Source: a virus (Duplodnaviria; Heunggongvirae; Uroviricota; Caudoviricetes). From it: a stretch of DNA of 64,000 bases. Below are positions 31,901 to 40,626 of the stretch, piece after piece. The stretch spans positions 1-64,000 of IMG/VR virus record IMGVR_UViG_3300035501_000704; one strand, given 5' to 3'. The stretch's first letter is position 1. Each line of letters begins with the position of its first letter. A program made the position numbers and the translations under genes. Under the pieces are notes generated by a model. That model saw nothing but the letters and a program-made list of their open reading frames with translations, made no database searches and was not told where the DNA came from.

Positions 31901-32533
31901 TTATCCTTCTATCTTTTTTGCAATATTATTCTCTTTTTCGATTTCTGCTTTAATCGAATTTCTAAAAGAATAAATCTGGCCTAAGACACAACCAATTCTC
32001 TTAGTTAATTCAATAACGTGACTTTTAGGCGCAGCGTTAATAAAATCAAAAATACAAATATAATTTTCAATATCACGCATGGTTTCCATTGCTTCATCAC
32101 TCTTACTGAGCTTCTTATGCTTATTTGCTTCATAATATACAGAACTGTACTGATTTAAAGCTTTCATAAGCAATTTCAAGAAATCATAGCCATAAGCTTC
32201 CTTCATATTACGATTCATGGAATTAAGCATAATTGCAGCATATTTAATCGTGTCTTTAATATCAACATAAATCAACGTATTAAAAGCCTTACGAGTATTC
32301 TTACGCTTTATCTCATTATATTCATCTTCTGATTTAAAATTCTTATCAAAAAGATTTTTCATTTTCTCTTCAGTATTCTTCTTTACTGAATCATTACCAT
32401 TACTAACAGCCTTAGCAATAATATTTCCATCAGGAAGCTTCTTGCTATCCTTATTGTATGATGAGTTCGTCCCCACCAACTTTTCAAGCAGTGAGTTAAT
32501 ACTCATATCTGCTAATTTATGATTATTTATCAT
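31901..32533 (-). CDS. Candidate DGR accessory variability determinant (Avd-like)
   Basis: Lies between VR and TR as expected for avd. It is Lys-rich and basic. At 210 aa it is longer than typical Avd. No sequence motif confirmed. Confidence 0.35.
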   Translation of the reverse strand: MINNHKLADMSINSLLEKLVGTNSSYNKDSKKLPDGNIIAKAVSNGNDSVKKNTEEKMKNLFDKNFKSEDEYNEIKRKNTRKAFNTLIYVDIKDTIKYAAIMLNSMNRNMKEAYGYDFLKLLMKALNQYSSVYYEANKHKKLSKSDEAMETMRDIENYICIFDFINAAPKSHVIELTKRIGCVLGQIYSFRNSIKAEIEKENNIAKKIEG

Positions 32534-33236
32534 AATCTATAAAAATTTAAAAATTATTATTTTATAATCTATATGGCATTTTATTTACCTCTAATAATAA
32601 ATATCATCAATGTTCAAAAAATTCAACTACATTGCGATATTTTTTAAATAAAATGTAATATTTTTTTTATATTACAGAAGATAATACTATTTTTATATTA
32701 TCTATTGTGTAATCTGTTTCAATTACGAACTGTTATTTTCCATTATAAATTCCTTTATATATAATATACTAAATAAATAGTATTTTTCAAGTGTAAAATG
32801 CTAATTTTATGAAACTTTTTTCTATCTAAAATCATTATAAATTTATAAAGTGTTATATATCAATGATATACAAAATGAAATTATAGTAAAATTTTTTTCT
32901 TATTTAATAGATTTTTTCTGAATTTTATGTTTTAAATGGTGTAATTTCGCTTATTATTTATTACAATGTTTGTTTTATTCGTTTATTTTCGCAATAAAAA
33001 CAAAAAAATATGCTTATGTAAAAATACACAAGCATATCTAACTTTTACAAAAATATTTTTAGCACTTTACAGCTCTTGCTTACAGATTTAGCACATTTAC
33101 GCGATTTTATCGGGTATTAAAGCCTCAACGAGACATTGCAAATGTACTAAAATAAATCCACAATCTCAAGTAAATCTACGATTTTCTAACATAAAGTGTG
33201 GATAATTTAAGGAAATTTTATATAAGAACTAATATC

Positions 33237-33258
33237 CCCGCTCCGTTAAGGAGCAGGG
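33237..33258 (-). other. GC-rich hairpin just beyond the end of TR/VR homology
   Basis: cccgctcc-gttaa-ggagcagg: 8-bp stem with one mismatch inside a long AT-rich intergenic region. Confidence 0.4.
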
Positions 33259-33279
33259 ATGGTATGAAGTGGCTAAGCT

Positions 33280-33519
33280 GAAAAGCTGGGGGACCCTCCC
33301 CTAAACCAAACAAACAACAAACTACTAATAATAGAAACTAAAACGGGAAACAACCCTCGCCTCACACGGCGAGGAAAGCTCGCACATAATAGCTAGTGTA
33401 CTTATTGGCGAAGTAGTTGACGTAACCACTAAGAGTAAGCACGTACCAAGCATAGCTGGACGAATGCTCGGAACTTGACCAGTAAAGGTTACCTGTAATC
33501 AACGTAACAACGGACAACG
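33280..33519 (-). repeat. DGR variable repeat (VR) at the 3' end of the target gene. The variable part is 33391–33495
   Basis: Identical to the TR except for about 20 substitutions, all at TR coding-strand adenines, plus a 3-nt length difference. Confidence 0.9.
33355..33374 (-). other. GC hairpin overlapping the target stop codon (candidate cruciform downstream of the IMH)
   Basis: cctcgcc-tcacac-ggcgagg. It encodes the terminal ...FLAV* residues. Confidence 0.6.
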
Positions 33520-36500
33520 CCGGGTACTTCTTCGCAATCGCCGACAGTATGGTATTCAGCCTACCCATTCTTGGAATGATGTATGCCAATTCTCCGATAG
33601 CGGGAAGATACCAATCACCCTGTTGAGTGCCGACAACGCCTTCATCACCTGACACGTGATAACGCCAGCAACAACATGCGGCAGGATAATAGTTTGCCCC
33701 CGAACTGTTCTTGATGGTCTCAGCCAGATGCCAGTACATTTGCGACAACGCATAGTTGAGAATCTTCTCCGTATTACCAGCGCCATCCAAATCGCCACAA
33801 GAATTATTTGTAGTGTTCGCATCGTAATATCCTGACGCTCCTGACGCTAAGTCCGTCTCGTCCCTTGTCTCTGCGGATGCGTTGGTATAATAATATGGAT
33901 TCGGATAATCCGTCATCGTTCCGTCCTTTATAAGGTAAGGATTTTGACAAGCACCTGAAATTGAAGTGGTAGTAAAATCACGGTAGTAATACAAATTATC
34001 GGCATACGTTCCTTCCGTATTGTGGAACGTCAGATTTCCGTTATAATTCGTTTCGCTACCCATCTGAGAGCTATAATCTCCTAACTTCTTGTACAATCTT
34101 GGTGTTTTATTCTTATTAATAAGTTCAGGAATATCAAGTGTACCATATCCACCCCAAATAATACCACATCTTGAAGTACCACTTGTGCCAGCGTCAGGTG
34201 TGTTGTAACTCATTTCGTTGAGTGACATAATTCGAGCCGTACCAGCATAAGACTTATCCGTACCGCTATAAGATTCATTCGATAATCTTAAAGTATGACG
34301 CTTAGGAACAACACAAACACCGATAGGCAATTTACCAGTTGGGATTTCATCAATGGTTGAAACTAAAGAACCATCAGAGCAATAAATCCATCCGAAAGTA
34401 TCCAAAGCTTTTTCGCCTAAGTAAATGGCTCTTGTAACTGTAAACAATTCATCACCCATTGCGGGAACACTGCCACTTAAAACAGAATCATAAATGGTAG
34501 CTGTAAGTCTAACCGTCTTAATATCATCAGGGAACTTAGCACAAGTTAATCTAATTGAAGCATATTGATAATCTTCATCAGTATTATCCTTCTGATAATA
34601 ACCCATAGTTTGTCCTAAGATATCTGATGTTAAATAATCCTCATCATCAACTGACCAAACAACATAATAAGGTTTATTAACTAATGAGTTAATAGCTAAC
34701 TTATAATCAACCTTCGAATCCGTTGTAATAGAATCCAAAATAAATTCACCCTGAATAGAGGTAGAATTAGTATCAAGTGTTCTAAACGCATGGAAAATAA
34801 TTTTTTTCGAAGGATTATAATAGTTACCACTCTTATCCATAAATTGTGCAGTAAGAGTTACCTCACAATCTTCTGTCATGCCATAGGTACCACTATTAGT
34901 TAATGTAACAGCACTCGTGCTATCACTATCAGGAGTTAATGCCACAAAAGCATTATTATCAACTGACCATGAAACATCTCCGTCAATATCAATAGCATAA
35001 GTTGCTAAAGAATACTTTTCAGATTTCATTGCTTCCAAATCATCGGAACCGAAAATTGTATTATAAGGATTAATAAAGTTAAAGGCTAATCCATCAATCT
35101 CATTATAACCAGGCCAGAATGAATTTATCTTATCGGCAATATTCTCTTCAAAGTCAGTAACATTGATTGAACCAGTCAAAGATAAAGAACTTACTTTACC
35201 TAATACAGTAGTATATAATTCTTTCAATTTATCAGAATCAATACTCCAATAGATATTAGAAATAGAAATTGTCTTTGCAGATAATTCATATTTACTTGTA
35301 TCAGTATTACCGGAAGTATTTCCTGAAGTTGTAGCTGAGGTAGCATACTTTTGAATATTATTATACCAATCAAGAATCCATTGATAATTATATCCAAAAT
35401 AATCATTTGTATTATCAGGATTACCATCACATACAATCGTTATTGATTCAAGGCCTACATAATTTTTCAACAATAACTGTTGCATATTACAATTAGGGGC
35501 CTTATTGATTGTTAACGTAGTCAAAGAAGATAATGACGGTAGTGTAACATTCTTCAAAGAGTTAGATTGTGGAAGCTTAACTTCAGAAGAATGGGTATTC
35601 TCAAGATAAACTGTCTTTAATCTATAATAATTTGTTAAATCAACAGTAGAAGACAATGTTGTAACATTTGACAAATCAAGTTTCTCAATTGTTTGTGGTA
35701 AAGTTTCAATATCAGTAATATTAAATGTTGGGTTTGTACCACCACCAATGAAAGATGTTACACGTTTTGAATTAAACTTTAATGACTTATTAACAACACT
35801 TGGACTAATAAACTTATTAGACCAGTCACCCATATCTGACATATATTCAATACCAACAATAGTAGATGTGTCGGTTGAACCATTGTTAGGCAATGTTAAT
35901 GCCACCTTTCCACCAGGACTCAACAATGTTGGGTGATTCTGCTGATAATTATTCTCGCCTTGCAAAGAATATGCATACATATGTGCTGCGGCTGTTACAG
36001 TAACACTATTATTACCACCACTCAATGCATAACCGAATTTATTCAAACCATTAGAATACATTGCAAATGTTTTCATAAAGAAAACTCTCATCTTAACATA
36101 TTGCTTCTCTCCTTCCAAACAATCACCCATAGACATTGTTATAGGGTTTGAGTTCTTTGAAATGTTAAATGCCTCAACTCCACTTTGATTTAATATTTCA
36201 GCCTCTTCATATAATAATCTTGCGGTTTCATTATAAGCAACAGCTGGGAAATAATTTTGAACAGAGAAATAATATCTATTAAAACATCCCATGATACTAT
36301 CGTTGTCAATAATATATGAAGAGTTTGAACCAAGGCTTGACATTGCTCCAATCATTTTATTCATGATTGTTCTAATTGAAGGAGTGTCTTTGACATTTCT
36401 ATCAATAAAGTCTTGCAAATATACATAAAGCAATGTTCCATAGTATCCACTGTTATTTGCAGTAAAATAATTTACAGTATTACCCTTATCATCCTTATGT

Positions 36501-39500
36501 GTTGTATAATATTCAGCCCAATAAGGTTTATCCTTCATACCTTCATTATTGATACGGAAAATCGTATCATCATCATCACGCCATGGTCTAATTTTCGGTC
36601 TACCAACAGTATTTATTGTTTTATCAACTAAGAAATATTGATTTTTCGATAAATTATCAGATGCGGCAATAAATAATGTAAAACAGAAACATAAAAGAAC
36701 TTCTTCTATATCTACATATTCATTAATGTTAGCACGTAACTTAGCGGCTCTTGCTCTTCTAAAGATAGTTGTTTTGTTGGCGGTGCTTAATTGATTGAAG
36801 GCAGTCAATCTATCACCATCCATAGAACCAGTTAAGCCACTTGTACAACCAGAATAAACATTAGGAATTGAACCATTCTCTTTAAAGATGTTTTCTGTAA
36901 AATACCCATCTAAGTCTTCAATAAGGTCTAATTTTGCTGAAATTGTATTACCTTCTTCATCTTTTGTTGTACCAGCATCTACCCATACATAATTGACATA
37001 ATCATGGCGCATGGCATAATACTTACTATCTGTCGTATCATAATACCAATACTGATATGTCTTATCAAGGTTTTTAAGATTAGAAAAATCTGAGCTAGAA
37101 GTAGCCGAGCATCCAGAAAGTCTATGACTGCATGAATAAACAAAATTCAAATAATCTTGTACATATCCAATTGAAGCATCGTTACCTAATTCAAGGTCAA
37201 AAGCTTCTTGTGATGTACTTCCACCATTATCATCCTTTCTATTGAATATAAATTCCTCTTTTCCATCAAATTTTACTTCATCTGTTAACCAAGGGCTATG
37301 GCAAAGTGTAATAGGACATTCCTGATTAGAACCGCCAACCATTAGCATTTCAGGTGTCTTCTTCTTATCATATCCGAAAGTGGCTTTATCGCCCTTACCA
37401 GCTCCCCAAGTCATAAGGCCATAAAACACAGGAGCAGAATCTGTAGGAGTCTTAACAAAGAATAAGAATTCATCCTCTCTTACCGACATTCTTGATAATT
37501 CAAGTCCTTCAGTTTGCTGAATTTCACTCTTAAATCCTAACAAATTACGTATATCCTCATACATTCTCAATGAACCTTGTTTATGGCTTTGCATTGAAGA
37601 CGCATAATTAAGCTTGCCAACAAGCTTTGTTGCCTTTGGTGTTACAGCCACATATTCTCCAGTTGAAGAATCTTCCTCAGAATAAACATAATAATTATGG
37701 TCTGGAATTTCTTGGCCATATATATCAAGATAAGAGCTATTATCACCAAACTTCCATGAACCATTCCACTTATAATATGTTTTTGCTGTGGAACCTTGAC
37801 CCTTACAAATGGCTTTTTTAATTATACATGAATTAACTGTATCAACTTCATAATTTCCATCAGCATCTTTAGTTGATTTCACATATCTTACTGTCAAATC
37901 ACCTTCTGTTCCATTTTCTTCATCAAGTTTATTGATATAGCAAGGATATGCATCACCTTCCCAAAGTAAAGTTCTATATTTCTTACAAGCTTCTGCATAA
38001 GAAATTTCATTACCAACTGAAGTAATATCATTTCTATCACTAAAATCTTGCTTTTTTGCTAATGAGGGTAATGAAGATAGATAATCCTTTTGAATTTCAA
38101 CCGAATCAAGACGTGTATTTTGATATATTCTAATACCATACAAATCAACGTCAGCTGTATCTGAACCAATAATAATACTATTAACACCATAATGAATATT
38201 ATTTGAGCCAGGGTTATACAAATACTCTCTATTGATTACACCATTGATATACATACGAACAATGTTCTTAGTATAATCCGTACCATTTATCGAAAGAGTA
38301 TAATCAGGTAAAATATTCAAAGCTAAATGTGTTCGTGTGTCTTCTTGATATTCAACCTCCTTTGTTAATAATACACCATTTTGATTATTCAGTAAGAAGT
38401 AAGCAACATTAGGATACATTGATAGTCCTTCCATTGTAGAACCGCTATCAACACTATGGCTAGTTGCTAAATTGATTACAATATTTGAATCATCTGATAC
38501 ATTTCTAATTGCAAAATCAACTTCAACTGTTATAGGTGATTTTAAATTTTTATCTTCAAAAACATTATATGGAATATTTACTTTTGAGCCAGCAAGAATT
38601 CTAAGGCACTTAGAACCATCACTATCAGCAATCCAACCGCCATTCAACCAGTCCATATTCGTCCAAGTTGTTCCTGTTAATGCATCGCCATTATATTTGT
38701 TGTAAATGACTTCTTTGTCCGCATCAATATTAGAACGTCCTTTTGGAGAGAAAATAAAGCCACCAGCCATTTGTGTTGGTGAATAATTTGCCTGAGAATT
38801 GATAAAGAAAGTTGATTGTGCCAAATATTCAGTATTATTGTCAATTGCCACAGTACTATTAGCATCATAAGCCCTCATAATAGCTGTAACGCCAGTCACA
38901 CCTTCATTTAATTCAATTTCAGTTTGTGATTTAAAGTTGTTTACAATACCAGATTTAACATCGGATTCAGTATATTCAGCATACTTTTCAGAAAAATCTT
39001 CATTCCATAAAATAAACTTAATATCAGCTGTTGTTTTTCCATAAATCGCATAAGAAAAATATGTATTTTCTGCCCAGTTATAAATTGTGTTTGATGCATT
39101 GTTTATAGACAATTTTAAATCTGTAGAATCAGCTTTTAACACACAAAATTGAAATTCAAGTTTATCTGTTTGCAATGTTTCATTTACATAAGCAAATGCA
39201 GTACCTGTGTAGTTTCCTGGGCGCAATGTACTACCCAATGGAATATTTGTTGTTTTCGTACCGACCAAACTACCTTGTGAATGTGTACATGGAATGCCAT
39301 CAATATAAGAAACGGTAAATTGGTTTTCTCCACCGTCTTCCAATTCATTTATTGTAACATATAAAGTCTTTGAAAGCACACCAGTAGTGTTAAATGAAAG
39401 GCCACCAGGATTATTTTCATAACGAATAACCTTAATAGAGTCATTACTATATGCTAAAGTAAGAGTTGTATATGTTACAGTATACTTAGCTGAGTTTGAT

Positions 39501-40147
39501 GCATTAGAATCATCAGCAGACCAAGTTAAACGCACCTGAGTTGTTGTATCGACAGATATAAAGTCACTAATATCATATTTCTTAAAACCAGCATCTTCTG
39601 CTGTTTCAATAGACGATACATAAGCAACGCTTCTTTTTTTTGTGAAATAAGAACTTCCTTCAGATGCGGTATAAACTGTAAGTGTACCTGATTTTTCTAC
39701 AATCTTTGCTTCCGCATCAGCAGGTGTTTTCAAATAATACACAGGTTTAATTGTTGCATATACCTTACCGTCAATTGTTGTAACAGTAGTATTACCACTA
39801 GTGTATAAATAAGCAGATTCCTTATTGACTGTTGCAACAGCTTCAAGCCCAGGAATCACACAGCTAAACAAAGCATTGTTGCTGTAGCTCTCTTTATCTG
39901 AAACCCAGTCCTCATAACTCTTTTGGTCTGCAAAACCAATAAGATACATATTATTATCTGTATCACCACTAGTAACTGTAGTATATCCAACTTTTGTGTC
40001 AAGGGCACTATTACAATCTTTGATTTTTTGCTTGATAAAGTCCTGGATAGCTTTACCACTAAACGGAAGGCTATTATCTTCTTTATCACAACCCCAGTCT
40101 TGTTCAAAAGATGTAAGTGAATTATTGCTAGTTTTTCTTACCGCCAT
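33362..40147 (-). CDS. DGR target: a giant 2261-aa fibre or receptor-binding-like protein with a C-terminal DUF1566/C-type-lectin-like variable domain
   Basis: The VR lies in the last about 45 codons (...YWSSSEHSSSYAWYVLTLSGYVNYFANKYTSYYVRAFLAV). There is an LRR-like segment (LDLSNVTTLS...LKNVTLPSLSSLTTLTI). The rest is Thr/Ser/Asn/Tyr/Gly-rich, fibre-like. Confidence 0.85.
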   Translation of the reverse strand: MAVRKTSNNSLTSFEQDWGCDKEDNSLPFSGKAIQDFIKQKIKDCNSALDTKVGYTTVTSGDTDNNMYLIGFADQKSYEDWVSDKESYSNNALFSCVIPGLEAVATVNKESAYLYTSGNTTVTTIDGKVYATIKPVYYLKTPADAEAKIVEKSGTLTVYTASEGSSYFTKKRSVAYVSSIETAEDAGFKKYDISDFISVDTTTQVRLTWSADDSNASNSAKYTVTYTTLTLAYSNDSIKVIRYENNPGGLSFNTTGVLSKTLYVTINELEDGGENQFTVSYIDGIPCTHSQGSLVGTKTTNIPLGSTLRPGNYTGTAFAYVNETLQTDKLEFQFCVLKADSTDLKLSINNASNTIYNWAENTYFSYAIYGKTTADIKFILWNEDFSEKYAEYTESDVKSGIVNNFKSQTEIELNEGVTGVTAIMRAYDANSTVAIDNNTEYLAQSTFFINSQANYSPTQMAGGFIFSPKGRSNIDADKEVIYNKYNGDALTGTTWTNMDWLNGGWIADSDGSKCLRILAGSKVNIPYNVFEDKNLKSPITVEVDFAIRNVSDDSNIVINLATSHSVDSGSTMEGLSMYPNVAYFLLNNQNGVLLTKEVEYQEDTRTHLALNILPDYTLSINGTDYTKNIVRMYINGVINREYLYNPGSNNIHYGVNSIIIGSDTADVDLYGIRIYQNTRLDSVEIQKDYLSSLPSLAKKQDFSDRNDITSVGNEISYAEACKKYRTLLWEGDAYPCYINKLDEENGTEGDLTVRYVKSTKDADGNYEVDTVNSCIIKKAICKGQGSTAKTYYKWNGSWKFGDNSSYLDIYGQEIPDHNYYVYSEEDSSTGEYVAVTPKATKLVGKLNYASSMQSHKQGSLRMYEDIRNLLGFKSEIQQTEGLELSRMSVREDEFLFFVKTPTDSAPVFYGLMTWGAGKGDKATFGYDKKKTPEMLMVGGSNQECPITLCHSPWLTDEVKFDGKEEFIFNRKDDNGGSTSQEAFDLELGNDASIGYVQDYLNFVYSCSHRLSGCSATSSSDFSNLKNLDKTYQYWYYDTTDSKYYAMRHDYVNYVWVDAGTTKDEEGNTISAKLDLIEDLDGYFTENIFKENGSIPNVYSGCTSGLTGSMDGDRLTAFNQLSTANKTTIFRRARAAKLRANINEYVDIEEVLLCFCFTLFIAASDNLSKNQYFLVDKTINTVGRPKIRPWRDDDDTIFRINNEGMKDKPYWAEYYTTHKDDKGNTVNYFTANNSGYYGTLLYVYLQDFIDRNVKDTPSIRTIMNKMIGAMSSLGSNSSYIIDNDSIMGCFNRYYFSVQNYFPAVAYNETARLLYEEAEILNQSGVEAFNISKNSNPITMSMGDCLEGEKQYVKMRVFFMKTFAMYSNGLNKFGYALSGGNNSVTVTAAAHMYAYSLQGENNYQQNHPTLLSPGGKVALTLPNNGSTDTSTIVGIEYMSDMGDWSNKFISPSVVNKSLKFNSKRVTSFIGGGTNPTFNITDIETLPQTIEKLDLSNVTTLSSTVDLTNYYRLKTVYLENTHSSEVKLPQSNSLKNVTLPSLSSLTTLTINKAPNCNMQQLLLKNYVGLESITIVCDGNPDNTNDYFGYNYQWILDWYNNIQKYATSATTSGNTSGNTDTSKYELSAKTISISNIYWSIDSDKLKELYTTVLGKVSSLSLTGSINVTDFEENIADKINSFWPGYNEIDGLAFNFINPYNTIFGSDDLEAMKSEKYSLATYAIDIDGDVSWSVDNNAFVALTPDSDSTSAVTLTNSGTYGMTEDCEVTLTAQFMDKSGNYYNPSKKIIFHAFRTLDTNSTSIQGEFILDSITTDSKVDYKLAINSLVNKPYYVVWSVDDEDYLTSDILGQTMGYYQKDNTDEDYQYASIRLTCAKFPDDIKTVRLTATIYDSVLSGSVPAMGDELFTVTRAIYLGEKALDTFGWIYCSDGSLVSTIDEIPTGKLPIGVCVVPKRHTLRLSNESYSGTDKSYAGTARIMSLNEMSYNTPDAGTSGTSRCGIIWGGYGTLDIPELINKNKTPRLYKKLGDYSSQMGSETNYNGNLTFHNTEGTYADNLYYYRDFTTTSISGACQNPYLIKDGTMTDYPNPYYYTNASAETRDETDLASGASGYYDANTTNNSCGDLDGAGNTEKILNYALSQMYWHLAETIKNSSGANYYPAACCCWRYHVSGDEGVVGTQQGDWYLPAIGELAYIIPRMGRLNTILSAIAKKYPALSVVTLITGNLYWSSSEHSSSYAWYVLTLSGYVNYFANKYTSYYVRAFLAV

Positions 40148-40177
40148 AATATTACTATAATTATTTATCTATTTATC

Positions 40178-40354
40178 TCAATTATTATTCTTCCAAGGAG
40201 AGTCATTTTTCCAAGGATAAGAATTTTGCCAATATCCTGCCCCAAAACAAGAAGAAATGGCTTGCCAAACTAAATTTGCTCCTTTATATATATAAAGAAT
40301 AGCTTTCTTGCCATAATATCTTGCTTGAAGCTCACTTCCATTACGATATATCAT
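40178..40354 (-). CDS. Possible 58-aa Trp-rich small protein (not in ORF track because under 60 aa)
   Basis: Its ATG overlaps the TGA of the upstream ORF (ATGA). It ends 30 nt before the target gene start. It contains the repeat PWKNDSPWKNNN. Confidence 0.25.
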   Translation of the reverse strand: MIYRNGSELQARYYGKKAILYIYKGANLVWQAISSCFGAGYWQNSYPWKNDSPWKNNN

Positions 40355-40581
40355 TCTTCATACACATTATATTCGACATCCTCGTCAACATTATCACCCA
40401 ACTTTGCATATTCCTCTTCAGTTAAATAAACCTTAGATTTAATCAATTGGGTTAATTTATCGGCTACTGTGTCCTTATTTTCTCTTGTTGAAGTATCACC
40501 TTCCTTATAAGCAATTTCATTTGATTCTGCCACAAGATGTTCAACAGTCTTTGCTGTTAATTTATCTGCAAGATTTATCAT
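40351..40581 (-). CDS. Small acidic hypothetical protein
   Basis: 76-aa ORF. Confidence 0.4.
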   Translation of the reverse strand: MINLADKLTAKTVEHLVAESNEIAYKEGDTSTRENKDTVADKLTQLIKSKVYLTEEEYAKLGDNVDEDVEYNVYEE

Positions 40582-40626
40582 AATTCTATTAAAACTAATT
40601 TCTATTTTCTTATAACATTATTAAGG

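Noticed and set aside
32534-33236. About 700-bp AT-rich intergenic region inspected for tRNA or small RNA genes
   Set aside because: There are no GC-rich cloverleaf-compatible segments. The only structured element is the hairpin at 33237–33258. It is more likely the promoter and leader region of the avd-TR-RT unit.
33556-40120. Numerous 60–90-aa ORFs on both strands inside the 2261-aa target gene
   Set aside because: They lie wholly within a long, motif-rich coding frame and are considered spurious.
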